Shown here: in pieces, positions 1 to 10,322 of the stretch | Numbering within the stretch: position 1 is the first letter of the stretch | Layout: each line of letters begins with the position of its first letter | Origin: an uncultured Pseudobdellovibrionaceae bacterium | Lineage (GTDB): Bacteria > Bdellovibrionota > Bdellovibrionia > Bdellovibrionales > JAGQZY01 | Assembly (NCBI GenBank): GCA_964588335.1 | Contig: CAZPOV010000003.1 | Location: forward strand, 148,125-212,124 | Length of the DNA stretch: 64,000 bases | Direction: 5' to 3' | Position numbers and translations under genes: made by a program | The notes under the pieces: generated by a model | What the model was told of the DNA's origin: nothing | The model's database searches: none | Seen by the model: only the letters and a program-made list of their open reading frames with translations

Positions 1-553
1 TTTGCTTGTAGGCAGCGAAATCCAATTCTCTTGGATAGGCGCTGTAGCCAGCAATTATCAGTTTTGGTTTGCTTTCAGTGGCCAGTTTTTCAAGCTGATC
101 ATAGTTGATGCGATGAGTTTCAGGGTCAATGCCATAGGCCACAACATTGTATAAAAGGCCACTCACGTTGACTGGCGATCCATGGGTGAGATGTCCTCCA
201 TTCGATAGATCCATTCCCATAATGGTGTCACCGGGCTTTAGAGCCGCCATAAAAACAGCGAAATTCGCCTGACTTCCTGAGTGCGGTTGCACGTTGGCAT
301 GATCAGCACCAAATAGCTCTTTAGCGCGATCGATGGCCAACTGCTCGGTTTCATCAACGAATTCACAGCCACCATAATAGCGCTTGCGAGGATACCCTTC
401 GGCGTACTTATTGGTCATCACAGAGCCTTGCGCTTCCATCACCGCTTTTGAACAGTAGTTTTCAGAGGCAATCATCTCCAACCCATACTCTTGTCTGGCC
501 GTTTCATTTTGTATTGATTGATACACCTTGGGATCGACGTCTTTTAATGCCAT
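1..553 (-). CDS. glyA: serine hydroxymethyltransferase, N-terminal ~184 codons (gene runs off the left edge; absent from ORF track)
   Basis: Hand translation of the minus strand from ATG at 553 gives [33 protein letters not shown]...[18 protein letters not shown]...GGHLTHGS. This is a textbook SHMT N-terminus. Confidence 0.9.
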   Translation of the reverse strand, partial: MALKDVDPKVYQSIQNETARQEYGLEMIASENYCSKAVMEAQGSVMTNKYAEGYPRKRYYGGCEFVDETEQLAIDRAKELFGADHANVQPHSGSQANFAVFMAALKPGDTIMGMDLSNGGHLTHGSPVNVSGLLYNVVAYGIDPETHRINYDQLEKLATESKPKLIIAGYSAYPRELDFAAYKQ

Positions 554-576
554 GAAGAACTCCTATAAGAGGCAAA

Positions 577-1020
577 TTAGTCCAAATGAGATGATATTTT
601 TTCCACGCGCTTTTGGTGGCGTCCACCTTCGAATTCGGTTTTGAAAAATGTTTCAACAATTTCTAATAATTGATCTTTTTCAACCAATCGAGAAGCCAAG
701 CACATCACATTGGCATTGTTGTGTTGACGAGAAAGAGCCGTGCTCTCTTGATTCCAGCAAAGGGCGGCACGGATATGGCGATATTTGTTTGCTCGCATCG
801 CCATGCCTTGTCCCGAACCACAAATCAACACACCCACCGACTCGGGGTGGAGTTTGAGTTTGTGACAAACTTTATCGGCGAAATCAGGATAATCGACACG
901 ATCATCAGAGCTTGGCCCCATATCTTGAACGTCCAATTGAAGGTCTTTTAATTTTTGAGCGATAAGATCTTTGACCGGGAAGCCGGCGTGATCGGAGGCA
1001 ATAAAAACTGTATGATCCAT
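577..1020 (-). CDS. rpiB: ribose-5-phosphate isomerase B (RpiB/LacA/LacB family)
   Basis: MDHTVFIASDHAGFPVKD...LICGSGQGMAMRANK motifs. I trimmed the track ORF (577..1071) to the internal ATG at 1020 because a terminator hairpin occupies 1045-1076. Confidence 0.85.
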   Translation of the reverse strand: MDHTVFIASDHAGFPVKDLIAQKLKDLQLDVQDMGPSSDDRVDYPDFADKVCHKLKLHPESVGVLICGSGQGMAMRANKYRHIRAALCWNQESTALSRQHNNANVMCLASRLVEKDQLLEIVETFFKTEFEGGRHQKRVEKISSHLD

Positions 1021-1044
1021 AAACAAACCTCGCCCCGGATCATA

Positions 1045-1076
1045 CCAAAAAATAAAAAAGGTGCCAGGCACCTTTT
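1045..1076 (-). terminator. rho-independent terminator of the 1136..1444 gene
   Basis: The minus strand reads ccaaaaggtgcc-t-ggcacctttt followed by ttatttttt (GC stem plus U-run). Confidence 0.6.
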
Positions 1077-1135
1077 GGTATGCGAATGCGTTAATTAGTT
1101 TATCGGGGACTGATTTTTTAAGTTGGCGACGTTGA

Positions 1136-1444
1136 TTATTCCGAAAACTGATCTTTTAAGGCGCCAACCGTGGTCCAGCGCTCCGAACACTGATCAAGAA
1201 ATTGCACGCGACTGTATTGAGACATTTTCCCTTTTTTCGCGTCTTTCTTTTTCAGATCCTTAAGGCATTTAACCAGAACAGCGTCCTCAGCATTGGGCCA
1301 ATCGTCAGTCAGCCCCAGGGAATTGGCTGTTTCAATAAGCTCAGGATTTTGATCTAAAGTTTCAGCCGAAAGACTTCGAGCTTGGCTTGATAGAGCAAAA
1401 ACCCAAACGGCAAAAAAGCAAATTATGGTTTTTCCGAATTTCAT
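1136..1444 (-). CDS. small secreted hypothetical protein (signal peptide)
   Basis: N-terminal MKFGKTIICFFAVWVFALSSQA signal-like segment, AGGAG RBS upstream, own terminator downstream. Confidence 0.55.
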   Translation of the reverse strand: MKFGKTIICFFAVWVFALSSQARSLSAETLDQNPELIETANSLGLTDDWPNAEDAVLVKCLKDLKKKDAKKGKMSQYSRVQFLDQCSERWTTVGALKDQFSE

Positions 1445-1610
1445 TTTTCACTCCTAAGGTTGTAGTCACCTTTATAAGGAGCAATATTGGTTCCAAAATG
1501 AAATCAAAAACATTCTGTAAGATGCTGTTATTATTAAGTAAATCACTGTCTCAGAATGAAACAAATACAATACCCAAAAATGACAGACAATTTCCGTCAC
1601 TTTGGCGCTT

Positions 1611-2891
1611 TTATTCGCTTATTTTTGAAAAAACCAAACTGGCGTTGGTGCCACCAAAACCAAAGGAATTGTTGAGAACATGCTCAAAATCACCATCGCG
1701 AGCTGACAAAGGAACATAGTCCAAGTCGCATTCATCCGATGGGTTTTCCAAATTGATTGTCGGAGGGGCCACTTGATGTTTTAAAGCCAAAAGACTGTAA
1801 ATACTTTCAATAGCTCCGGCAGCCCCCAAAGTGTGACCGGTCATACTCTTTGTACTTGAAACCCAGATCTTGTGGGCGTGATCACCAAAAACAGTTTTTA
1901 AAGCTAACGTCTCCACACCATCTCCTGCGGGAGTGCTGGTCCCATGGGCGTTCACATAGCCAATTTTTTCGGGGTCCAATTGAGCGTCTTTTATAGCCAG
2001 TCGCATGGAAAGAGCCGCCCCATCACCACCAGGGGAGGGGTTTGTCATGTGGTGAGCGTCCGAAGAAAAACCGTAACCGGTTAACTCACCATAAATGGTT
2101 GCCCCTCGACGAGAGGCGTGCTCGTAATCTTCAAGGATCAATGTTCCGGCGCCCTCACTCAGCACAAAACCATCCCGATCGCGATCGAAAGGACGGCTGG
2201 CCAATTCAGGGTTGTCGTTACGAGTCGACAGCGCTTTCATCGAGCCGAATCCAGCAATGGCCATAGGAGTTACAGCCGCTTCACAGCCACCAGCCACCAT
2301 CACGTCACAGTGCCCGTCGCGAATGTACTGCGCGGCTTCACCGATCGAGTGGGCGCCAGAGGCACAGGCCGACGTCACCGAAAAGTTCGGACCACGCAAA
2401 CCATACTTAATTGTAATGTGTCCCGAAGCCATATTGGTAATAACCGCAGGAATAAAGAACGGCGAAATTCGACTAGGACCTTTGTCTCTTAAAACATTGG
2501 CTTGTTTTTCGATATCTGGCAATCCGCCAATACCAACGCCAATCAAGGCACCCGTGCGCGCTTGCAGAAGTTCATTACCCTCAAGTTCAATACCAGAATC
2601 TTCAAGGGCCTGACGGGTCGACTCTAAAGAGAGCATGATGAAGCGATCCATCTTCTTTTGCTCTTTTTTCTCGATGACTGTCGAGGGATCAAAGTTCTTA
2701 ACTTCTCCGGCTATTTTCGCCACAAAACTCTCCGGATCGAAGTGGGTGATGGTTCCCACGCCGGAGCGTCCATTGGTGACGTTATCCCAGTTCTCTTGAG
2801 TGGTCAGACCAATGGGAGTGATTAATCCCAAGCCTGTTACCACCACTCGTCGCTGAGGTTTGCTATCGCGAAGAAAAACGCTTTGACCCAT
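1611..2891 (-). CDS. fabF: beta-ketoacyl-ACP synthase II
   Basis: 426 aa. It has RRVVVTGLGLITPIG, the active-site context SACASG, and HGTSTPAGD / GHTLGAAG motifs. It follows acpP. Confidence 0.95.
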   Translation of the reverse strand: MGQSVFLRDSKPQRRVVVTGLGLITPIGLTTQENWDNVTNGRSGVGTITHFDPESFVAKIAGEVKNFDPSTVIEKKEQKKMDRFIMLSLESTRQALEDSGIELEGNELLQARTGALIGVGIGGLPDIEKQANVLRDKGPSRISPFFIPAVITNMASGHITIKYGLRGPNFSVTSACASGAHSIGEAAQYIRDGHCDVMVAGGCEAAVTPMAIAGFGSMKALSTRNDNPELASRPFDRDRDGFVLSEGAGTLILEDYEHASRRGATIYGELTGYGFSSDAHHMTNPSPGGDGAALSMRLAIKDAQLDPEKIGYVNAHGTSTPAGDGVETLALKTVFGDHAHKIWVSSTKSMTGHTLGAAGAIESIYSLLALKHQVAPPTINLENPSDECDLDYVPLSARDGDFEHVLNNSFGFGGTNASLVFSKISE

Positions 2892-2915
2892 AGAGTTTAC
2901 CGCTTTCTGTAAAAG

Positions 2916-3158
2916 TTAAACTTTGCCTTTAGAAGAAAGATAATCAGCAACATCCTGAACAGTTTTAAGCTTCTCAGCTTCTTCGTCAGGAATATCGATT
3001 TCAAAAGTCTCTTCCATGGCCATAACCAGCTCAACGATATCTAAGCTATCCGCACCCAAATCGTCGATAAAAGAAGCTTCTCCCTTTACGCGCTCGGGGT
3101 CGACACCCAACTGTTCTGTAATCACTTCTTTTACCTTAGCAGGAATTTCTGTGGACAT
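2916..3158 (-). CDS. acpP: acyl carrier protein
   Basis: 80 aa with the LGADSLD phosphopantetheine attachment motif, sitting between fabG and fabF. Confidence 0.95.
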   Translation of the reverse strand: MSTEIPAKVKEVITEQLGVDPERVKGEASFIDDLGADSLDIVELVMAMEETFEIDIPDEEAEKLKTVQDVADYLSSKGKV

Positions 3159-3227
3159 TTTAATACCTCCGTAAATAGTTCACTTATCCTAAGCTCACTT
3201 GAGCCGTAATCAAATCGTCTACGATCA

Positions 3228-3968
3228 TCACATATACATGCCGCCATTAACACTAATGGTTTGACCCGTAATATATTTTGATTTTTCACTCAACAAAAAA
3301 GCCACGGAGTGTGCCACGTCAATAGGCTCTCCCATGGTCTGTAAAGGAACCAAAGAAATGTACTTACTTTTGGTTTCCTCAGGCAAGTCTTCCGTCATAT
3401 CTGTGGTTATAAAACCGGGAGCGACGCAGTTGACGCGGACGTGACGGCTTCCGACTTCCTGCGCCACAGACTTTGAGAAAGCTTCAACTCCTGCCTTACT
3501 GGCCGCATAGTTGGCTTGCCCCGGTCCACCGACCTGTCCAATGACCGAAGTGATATTCACAATGCTGCCTGTACGAGCTTTCATCATGATTTTAACGGCC
3601 ATTTTTGTGCACAAAAAGGTGCCTTTTAAATTGGTTTGGATCACTTCGTCGAAATCATCCTCTTTCATTCTCAACAACAATTGGTCCCGCGTGATACCAG
3701 CGTTATTCACCAGTCCATACAGACCACCAAATTCTTTGGTCACAGCATCGATTCCATCGCGAATCGACTCTTCATCGGCCACATTAAAAGGAACCACCAT
3801 ATGGCCGTCACCCTTAAGACTTTTTAGAACCTCTTCGGCTTTGTCTTTAGAACGCCCGTATGTCACGGCCACTCGCATACCCATTTCCGCCAGGTGCTGG
3901 GCCGTCGCTGCGCCGATGCCACGACTGCTTCCCGTTACTAAGACAGTTTTGCCGTCTAAATCACTCAT
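3228..3968 (-). CDS. fabG: 3-oxoacyl-ACP reductase (SDR)
   Basis: TGSSRGIG cofactor motif, NNAG, and YAASKAG catalytic Y-x3-K. Consistent with fab cluster context. Confidence 0.93.
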   Translation of the reverse strand: MSDLDGKTVLVTGSSRGIGAATAQHLAEMGMRVAVTYGRSKDKAEEVLKSLKGDGHMVVPFNVADEESIRDGIDAVTKEFGGLYGLVNNAGITRDQLLLRMKEDDFDEVIQTNLKGTFLCTKMAVKIMMKARTGSIVNITSVIGQVGGPGQANYAASKAGVEAFSKSVAQEVGSRHVRVNCVAPGFITTDMTEDLPEETKSKYISLVPLQTMGEPIDVAHSVAFLLSEKSKYITGQTISVNGGMYM

Positions 3969-4975
3969 TGTGTGACTCCATAGTTGTTAGAGGGTGAGCT
4001 TTGTGGCGCCTGTTGAACCGCTTTGATCTTATCTTCAAAACCCTTCAAATCATTTGTGGAATTGACGGCGACACACTCAAAGTCGGCATCAATTTTTTTA
4101 CTCAAACCGGTCAAGACTTTACCCGGACCAAGTTCGGCACCAAAAACAAAATTTTGCGACTTTAAGGTTTGCATACATTCAACCCAGCGAACAGCTCCTG
4201 ACACCTGCGCAATAATGTTGGCTTTCAGAGTCTGCGGCTCGGTTTCTAACTGACCGGAGTAGTTTTGCACGATTCCAAAACTGGGTTTTTTAAATTCAAT
4301 ATCTTCGAAAGCGGCGGCCATGCCTTGTTCCGCTTTTTTCATCATTGAGCAGTGGAAGGGGGCTGAAACTTTTAAAGGAATCAATCGAACTTTGGTTTTA
4401 TCGCTGCCGATTTTATCAGGACTAAAGTTTTTAATGGCAAAATCGATGGTCTTCAGATTTCCACTGACCACAGTTTGACTGAGAGAATTGTAATTGGCGG
4501 GCTCAAGGGGAGAGGTTTGACTTTCTCGACAAGCCCATTCGCACATTTGGCGAATCTCTTCGGCCTCGAGACCCATGATGGCCAGCATACCACCGTCTCC
4601 CACAGGCACCGACTTTTGCATCAATTGCCCACGCAATTGCACCAACTTCAAAGCCTCTGAAAAGGAAATCACCCCGGCAGCCACAAGAGCCGCGTATTCA
4701 CCCACCGAATGGCCAGCAGCGGCTTTAAAATCCGTCGCGAATTTTTCTTTGACCACGCAATAAGTGGCGTACTCCATTGTTACCAGAGCGGGCTGAGTGT
4801 ACTCTGTAAGTTGCAACTGGTCTGCAGGACCTTCAACGCATAACTTTTTCATGTCATAGCCAAGCGTATCACTGGCCTCTTCGACTTTTTCTGCAAATAC
4901 GGGAAACTGATCAATGAAGTCAGCGCCCATACCCACGGATTGACTGCCCTGTCCCGGGAAAAGTGCGGCAATCAT
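3965..4975 (-). CDS. fabD: malonyl-CoA:ACP transacylase (with ~25-aa C-terminal tail)
   Basis: FPGQGSQ, GHSVGEY (GxSxG) and SAPFHCSMM motifs. There is a 4-nt overlap with fabG. Confidence 0.9.
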   Translation of the reverse strand: MIAALFPGQGSQSVGMGADFIDQFPVFAEKVEEASDTLGYDMKKLCVEGPADQLQLTEYTQPALVTMEYATYCVVKEKFATDFKAAAGHSVGEYAALVAAGVISFSEALKLVQLRGQLMQKSVPVGDGGMLAIMGLEAEEIRQMCEWACRESQTSPLEPANYNSLSQTVVSGNLKTIDFAIKNFSPDKIGSDKTKVRLIPLKVSAPFHCSMMKKAEQGMAAAFEDIEFKKPSFGIVQNYSGQLETEPQTLKANIIAQVSGAVRWVECMQTLKSQNFVFGAELGPGKVLTGLSKKIDADFECVAVNSTNDLKGFEDKIKAVQQAPQSSPSNNYGVTQ

Positions 4976-5962
4976 TTACAGCCTCACCAGCGCGGAAGCA
5001 CTTGTTAATCCAGCACCAAAAGCGGTGAGTAGGACCAAGTCACCTTTTTTGATTTTCCCGGCCTTTATGGCGTTATTGAGTGCCACCGGAATCGTCGCGG
5101 CTGAAGTGTTCCCCATGTTTTCGATATCCACAATCACTTTGTCCATTGGGATTTCAAAATTTTTCGCCACAGCTTCGATGATTCGAACGTTGGCTTGGTG
5201 AGGAATCACCCAATCCACATCGTCTTTGGTCATATTATTGGATTCAAGAGCTTCTTGGCAGGCTTGCGACATGGTGCGAACCGCGTGCTTGAAGATCTCT
5301 CGCCCTTTCATTTTCACGAAAATATCGCGATTATCCAATGTCTCTTGCGTGAATGGAACCACCGATCCGCCACTGGGGACATACAAAAGGTCGGCTAGGC
5401 TGCCGTCGGCGTGAGCATGGGTAGAGTAAACCTGACTTTTTTCTCCATCATCAGCACGAGTGACTATGGCGGCACCGGCTCCGTCACCGAAAAGGATGCA
5501 GGTTCCCCGATCCTCGTAGTCGACTTTATGATGGAGAATTTCAGCTCCGATAATAAGGGCTGTCTTATAATGTCCTGTTTTAATGAAGTTATCGACCACA
5601 CTTAAAGCGTAGACAAAGCCACTGCAAGCGGCCGCCAAATCGAAGGCCATGATATTATTTAAACCCAGTTTCGCCTGTAAGTAACAAGCGGATGAAGGCA
5701 TCAGGTGGTCGGGGGTGACGGTGGCAAACACCAAAAGATCGATATCGTCTTTGGCGATACCGGATTCTTTAATGGCTTCTTCGGCGGCAACAAGGGCCAA
5801 ATCACTGGTTCCTTGACCGTCTTTAGCCAATGAGCGCGAATGGATTCCTGTTCTTTCAACAATCCATTCGTTATTGGTGTCCACCATTTGTTCGAGATCT
5901 TGGTTGGTGAGCTTTTTTGGAGGCAGGAATGAACCCATTCCTGCAATTTTGCTCTTAAACAT
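4976..5962 (-). CDS. fabH: beta-ketoacyl-ACP synthase III
   Basis: 328 aa with AAACSGF active-site Cys context, HQANVRI, and GNTSAATIP motifs. Confidence 0.93.
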   Translation of the reverse strand: MFKSKIAGMGSFLPPKKLTNQDLEQMVDTNNEWIVERTGIHSRSLAKDGQGTSDLALVAAEEAIKESGIAKDDIDLLVFATVTPDHLMPSSACYLQAKLGLNNIMAFDLAAACSGFVYALSVVDNFIKTGHYKTALIIGAEILHHKVDYEDRGTCILFGDGAGAAIVTRADDGEKSQVYSTHAHADGSLADLLYVPSGGSVVPFTQETLDNRDIFVKMKGREIFKHAVRTMSQACQEALESNNMTKDDVDWVIPHQANVRIIEAVAKNFEIPMDKVIVDIENMGNTSAATIPVALNNAIKAGKIKKGDLVLLTAFGAGLTSASALVRL

Positions 5963-6024
5963 GCTGCTGTCCCCCTAAGATGTCTTTCTTAAAATGAATA
6001 GTAATCTTCAGCCGTTGGCGAAGA

Positions 6025-6213
6025 TTATTCTGCAGCCGCTTGAGCAACAACGATTTCCTTACCTTTATAGTAACCGCATGAAGGACAAACATGATGAGGT
6101 TTGACCACAGACTCACAGTTGGAGCAGTTGATAACGGTTTTAGGTGTGGCAAAATCGTGTGAACGGCGCATGCCTCTTCTTGAGCGGGATATACGACTCT
6201 TGGGTCCTGGCAT
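6025..6213 (-). CDS. rpmF: 50S ribosomal protein L32
   Basis: MPGPKSRISRSRRGMRRSH...CSNC...CPSCGYYKG zinc-ribbon L32 signature, at the head of the fab cluster. Confidence 0.93.
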   Translation of the reverse strand: MPGPKSRISRSRRGMRRSHDFATPKTVINCSNCESVVKPHHVCPSCGYYKGKEIVVAQAAAE

Positions 6214-6634
6214 GTGATCCTCCTAGGGGTTTCTTTAAGTAAGCCCCTATAGATAGTGGAATCTGAGAAAAAATCAACGTTTTTTTCATTAAAATGAGCT
6301 TAAAAAAGGGCCTTTTTTTAGGGGGTTAGTGCCACAGAAAGGGGCTATTCACAAAAACTATTAGACCACCACCACGGAAGCCGTTGCATTTGAACTGAGC
6401 GCCTTCTAAGAGCCCCAAAAAAACTTTTAGGCAGCCCTTCAAGGATGTCTCGGTGTTCGAAAACCGAGTTTTCCAAACAAGCGTTCAATCCCATTTTTCC
6501 TGGCCAGACTTTAGTCAATTCAATGGAGTTCGACACAGCCGTCTCAACCTGGATCACTGACAGGCCACTGAGAGCCTCTGACAAAAACCCGGGTGGCAAG
6601 TTATTTGCTTCAATAAGAGGGAAAGGATGAGGGT

Positions 6635-7036
6635 ATGGAGAGTTTGAACAATATCATTAGATGGGGAATGATTCTGTTTTTTATCTTGGGGTCGAATCAA
6701 TTACTAGCCAACAATAAGAACGGCCAACTGGTCCAGTCGATTAACGAGGCTGTCAATCGCTCTGATAATGAACAAGATCAAATAAAAACAAAAATAGAAA
6801 AAGAAGCGGATCGCCGAGTTGAAACCTGGGCCGATCGCGATAGAGATTTAATAGTTATTCAACATTCGGGGATGTCGTCAACTGATCCCGCAAATCTGGG
6901 TGAGGCCGATTTCGACTACGAAGATGTCGGAATAGACCAAAGTGGCCTTGATCGATTGCGTACTGACGTTGAAGACGAACCGATTGATATAGATTTTGAT
7001 AAAGAATTAAGAGAAGTGAGTTCAGTGAAGGATTAA
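6635..7036 (+). CDS. acidic secreted hypothetical protein
   Basis: Signal/TM segment MILFFILGSNQLLA followed by a D/E-rich sequence. A terminator follows. Confidence 0.5.
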   Translation: MESLNNIIRWGMILFFILGSNQLLANNKNGQLVQSINEAVNRSDNEQDQIKTKIEKEADRRVETWADRDRDLIVIQHSGMSSTDPANLGEADFDYEDVGIDQSGLDRLRTDVEDEPIDIDFDKELREVSSVKD

Positions 7037-7080
7037 TTTCTCTTAGTATTTGGTGTTATAGCCAACTAGCCCTCTTCTGA

Positions 7081-7117
7081 GCCATGGGTGTCGCCAAAAA
7101 CCCATGGCTTTTTTTTT
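7081..7117. terminator. hairpin terminator between convergent genes
   Basis: gccatggg-N12-cccatggc followed by T9. Confidence 0.65.
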
Positions 7118-7123
7118 ATCTTT

Positions 7124-8410
7124 TTACTGCAGGCCTCGCATCTCCATAGCCACAATCACTTTGCTAATAGCTATGGAATAACAGGCGGTTCGATAATCCA
7201 GTTCATCCTGTTTCTTCTTTTGCAATATTCTTTCCCAAGCTTTATTGAGCTGTTTTTCAAGACGTTGCAAAACCGTTTCTCTCGACCATTGGTCCCGTTG
7301 ATGATTTTGCACCCATTCAAAATAAGAAACAATCACTCCACCGGCATTGGCCAAGATGTCAGGGATCACCTGGATCTTTTTTTGTCGAAAGACTTTCTCT
7401 GCCTCTAGACTCATAGGCATGTTGGCGCCCTCAACAATCATCGAAGCCTGAACCTTATCAGCATTGCCTTGGTGTAAAACACCCTCGATGGCGGCTGGAA
7501 TTAACACATCCACATCAAGCTCTAATAGCTCTTCATTACTGATTTTTTTCGCCCCACTCAGGTCACTTCCCAGGTCCGACAAGGCAAGACTGTTTGGTTC
7601 GGCTTCGCCGAGTTTGTCGATGATGGATCGAAGTTGAATGCCGTCTTCACAATAAAGTCCGCCCGATTTATCGGAGATCGCGACCACTTTGGCTCCCATT
7701 TCATCAAGACGTTGAGCTAAGTGGCGACCGACATTTCCAAACCCTTGAATAGCAATGGTTGCCGAATCCACATCCTTGCCCGATTCCTCTAAGGCTTTCT
7801 TGGTGACATAGGCAATACCGTAACCTGTGGCCTCTGACCGTCCGTGAATACCAGCGATTTCGGGACATTTACCTGTCACAACTCCAGGTTTGTAACCGGC
7901 TGATTTCGAAAATTGCTCGAATATCCAACCCATCTCTCGCATGCCGGTCCCCATATCAGGCGCCGGAATATCAATGTCAGGACCGATGTCATTTTTCAGT
8001 TTGTCGACGTACTTTTTTGTGATCGCTTCCAATTCTTGCTCCGAAACCTCTTCGGGGTCGACATCAATTCCGCCCTTGGCACCACCAAAGGGCACATCAA
8101 CCAATGAGCATTTCCAAGTCATTAGTGAAGCTAAAATTTCGAAATGGTCGAGATCAACATCGCGATGATAGCGCAATCCTCCCTTAAAAGGCCCGCGCGC
8201 ATTATTGTGCTGGACTCGATAACCGGTGTAAACAGCCATATCTCCTTGGCCGACCCGTATTGGAATCTCAACATAAATTCGTTTAGAAGGGTTTTTTAAA
8301 AAAAACTCCATTCGTTCATCAATTTTTTTGGGATGGTCACGAAGGCCCATATCGATAAAGCCCGATAAACTTGATTTCAAGGTTTCCATTTTACTTTGAT
8401 CTGCACTCAT
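7124..8410 (-). CDS. gdhA: glutamate dehydrogenase (Glu/Leu/Phe/Val dehydrogenase family)
   Basis: 428 aa with the FKGGLRYH, VPFGGAKGGI catalytic-Lys motif and the GFGNVG Rossmann motif. Confidence 0.88.
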   Translation of the reverse strand: MSADQSKMETLKSSLSGFIDMGLRDHPKKIDERMEFFLKNPSKRIYVEIPIRVGQGDMAVYTGYRVQHNNARGPFKGGLRYHRDVDLDHFEILASLMTWKCSLVDVPFGGAKGGIDVDPEEVSEQELEAITKKYVDKLKNDIGPDIDIPAPDMGTGMREMGWIFEQFSKSAGYKPGVVTGKCPEIAGIHGRSEATGYGIAYVTKKALEESGKDVDSATIAIQGFGNVGRHLAQRLDEMGAKVVAISDKSGGLYCEDGIQLRSIIDKLGEAEPNSLALSDLGSDLSGAKKISNEELLELDVDVLIPAAIEGVLHQGNADKVQASMIVEGANMPMSLEAEKVFRQKKIQVIPDILANAGGVIVSYFEWVQNHQRDQWSRETVLQRLEKQLNKAWERILQKKKQDELDYRTACYSIAISKVIVAMEMRGLQ

Positions 8411-8644
8411 AACTGACTGTTCTCCTTAGCGTATCCTCTGATAATACGAGGTTTGAATCAGCAAGCTCCATTTTGGTTTTTAGAATTTATGTAAATAACT
8501 ATAAGAAAAAGAAATGATGAAAAAACCAGCACAAGAGATTGATGTGTGAATGAAAATCCACAAATCGTAAACAAGTGAGTCGGGCAATTTTCTCTGCTTA
8601 TCAATAAATTGAAAAACTTAACGCCATATCCAGGAGAGTTTTCC

Positions 8645-10099
8645 ATGAGTCAGCAGAAAAAAGACATCAAGCCCACCACCAATGATGCTGGCCGCGCCAT
8701 CGCCAGTGATGAACATTCTCTGACCGTGGGGCCCGACGGTCCTATCGTCCTGCATGATGACTACCTGATTGAACAAATGGCTAATTTCAACCGAGAGCGG
8801 ATCCCTGAACGTCAGCCCCACGCCAAGGGCAGCGGCGCTTTTGGTCAATTTGAAGTCACCCAAGATATCTCCAAGTATACCAAAGCGGCGGTTTTTCAGC
8901 CCGGCACCACCACCAAAACTTTGGTTCGGTTTTCAACGGTGGCCGGAGAACGAGGCTCACCTGATACCTGGAGAGATCCGCGAGGTTTCTCGGTGAAATT
9001 TTATACCTCTGAGGGAAATTACGACATGGTCGGTAATAATACGCCGGTGTTTTTTATTCGCGACCCTATGAAGTTTCAACATTTCATTCGCTCTCAGAAA
9101 CGGCGGGCGGACAGTGGAATGCGTGACCACGATATGCAGTGGGACTTTTGGACGCTGTCGCCGGAATCCGCGCATCAAGTCGCCATTCTGATGGGTGACC
9201 GTGGCATACCAAAGAACTTTCGACAAATGAATGGCTACTCCAGTCATACCTATATGTGGGTCAACGCCGACGGTGAAAAGTTTTGGGTGAAGTACCACTT
9301 TAAAACCGATCAGGGGAATGACTTCCTCACTCAAAACGAAGCCGATCGTCTGGCTGGCGAAGACGGCGATTACCACCGGCGCGATCTGTTTAATGCGATC
9401 AAAAACAAAGACTTTCCCTCGTGGACTTTGAAAGTTCAGATCATGGAGTTTGATGAAGCCAAATCCTATCGCATCAACCCTTTTGATTTAACCAAAGTCT
9501 GGCCCCATGAAGATTACCCATTGCACGAAGTTGGTCGTTTAACTTTAAACCGTAACCCTACAGACTTTCACACCCAAATCGAACAAGCCGCTTTCGAACC
9601 CAATAACTTAGTTCCTGGTATTGGCCTCAGTCCTGATAAAATGCTTCTGGCGCGAGGCTTTGCCTATGCCGATGCGCACCGGGCTCGACTCGGAGTCAAT
9701 TACAAACAGATTCCAGTGAATAAGCCGCAATGTCCTTATCATAGTTACAGTAAAGACGGAGCCATGCGCGTGGAGCCGGTTGAAGATCCTGTCTACGCGC
9801 CAAACTCGTATGGGGGCCCTCATGCGGATCCCTCACAGGCGGCCAACGAGGCTGGCCTCTGGCACGCCGATGGTGACATGGTTCGCAAGGCCTACACCTT
9901 GCGCGAAGACGATGACGACTGGAGCCAAGCGGGAGCCTTAGTAAGAGAGATTATGGATGACGAAGCTCGCGGGCGTCTGGTGCAGAATGTTGCCGGACAT
10001 TTAAAAGGGGGCGTTAGCGATCCCATTCAAAAACGTGCGATCGAGTACTGGAAAAATATCGACAAAGATATTGGTCAAAGAATTGAAGCAGAGCTTTAA
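8645..10099 (+). CDS. katA: monofunctional heme catalase
   Basis: [32 protein letters not shown] and FxxRxxYxDAHR-type motifs. Start moved from the TTG at 8609 to the ATG at 8645, which is preceded by AGGAGA. Confidence 0.93.
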   Translation: MSQQKKDIKPTTNDAGRAIASDEHSLTVGPDGPIVLHDDYLIEQMANFNRERIPERQPHAKGSGAFGQFEVTQDISKYTKAAVFQPGTTTKTLVRFSTVAGERGSPDTWRDPRGFSVKFYTSEGNYDMVGNNTPVFFIRDPMKFQHFIRSQKRRADSGMRDHDMQWDFWTLSPESAHQVAILMGDRGIPKNFRQMNGYSSHTYMWVNADGEKFWVKYHFKTDQGNDFLTQNEADRLAGEDGDYHRRDLFNAIKNKDFPSWTLKVQIMEFDEAKSYRINPFDLTKVWPHEDYPLHEVGRLTLNRNPTDFHTQIEQAAFEPNNLVPGIGLSPDKMLLARGFAYADAHRARLGVNYKQIPVNKPQCPYHSYSKDGAMRVEPVEDPVYAPNSYGGPHADPSQAANEAGLWHADGDMVRKAYTLREDDDDWSQAGALVREIMDDEARGRLVQNVAGHLKGGVSDPIQKRAIEYWKNIDKDIGQRIEAEL

Positions 10100-10120
10100 G
10101 TTTTATTGATCAAGAGACCA

Positions 10121-10151
10121 GGGAGGCTCCGGACCGGCCTCCCTTTTTTTT
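10121..10151 (+). terminator. rho-independent terminator of the catalase gene
   Basis: gggaggc-N9-gcctccc followed by T8. Confidence 0.75.
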
Positions 10152-10180
10152 AAATTCTAAGGAGCGCTTCAAAAGCAGAC

Positions 10181-10209
10181 TGTGTAAACCCTAACAGGGG
10201 TGTGTAAAC
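10181..10209. promoter_or_regulatory. direct repeat TGTGTAAAC x2 with 20-bp periodicity
   Basis: Identical 9-mers at 10181-10189 and 10201-10209, about 115 bp upstream of the Hint-lipoprotein start. Confidence 0.3.
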
Positions 10210-10322
10210 AAAGTAGCTGATTTTCCCAAATTGATACGCCTTATTTTGAGCTGCTGAGCATGGGCTTTGCATCAATTTAAGATACATTATTATTGGCGGT
10301 CTTAAATTCTGGGGGGATTTTG

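Noticed and set aside
577-1071. N-terminal extensions in the ORF track: rpiB from 1071, catalase from 8609, Hint gene from 10293, 902-aa gene from 18004, cNMP gene from 25824, and 24194, 14737 and 42267.
   Set aside because: Each extension starts at a TTG/GTG or an ATG without an RBS, or overlaps a hairpin. Internal ATGs with Shine-Dalgarno-like sequences give canonical N-termini (MDHTVFIASDHAG, MSQQKKD, and signal peptides).
2042-2613. Plus-strand ORFs of 74-133 aa inside fabF. Similar antisense ORFs lie inside fabG, fabD, fabH, gdh, katA, the MscS gene and others.
   Set aside because: These are shadow ORFs opposite well-supported genes. They have biased Arg/Ser/Pro composition and no RBS.
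6345-6599. An 84-aa minus-strand ORF in the slot upstream of rpmF where yceD (DUF177) often sits.
   Set aside because: It has no DUF177-like Cys pairs, an odd WWW tail and no RBS, and it is much shorter than YceD. It is more likely the untranslated promoter region of the rpmF-fab operon.
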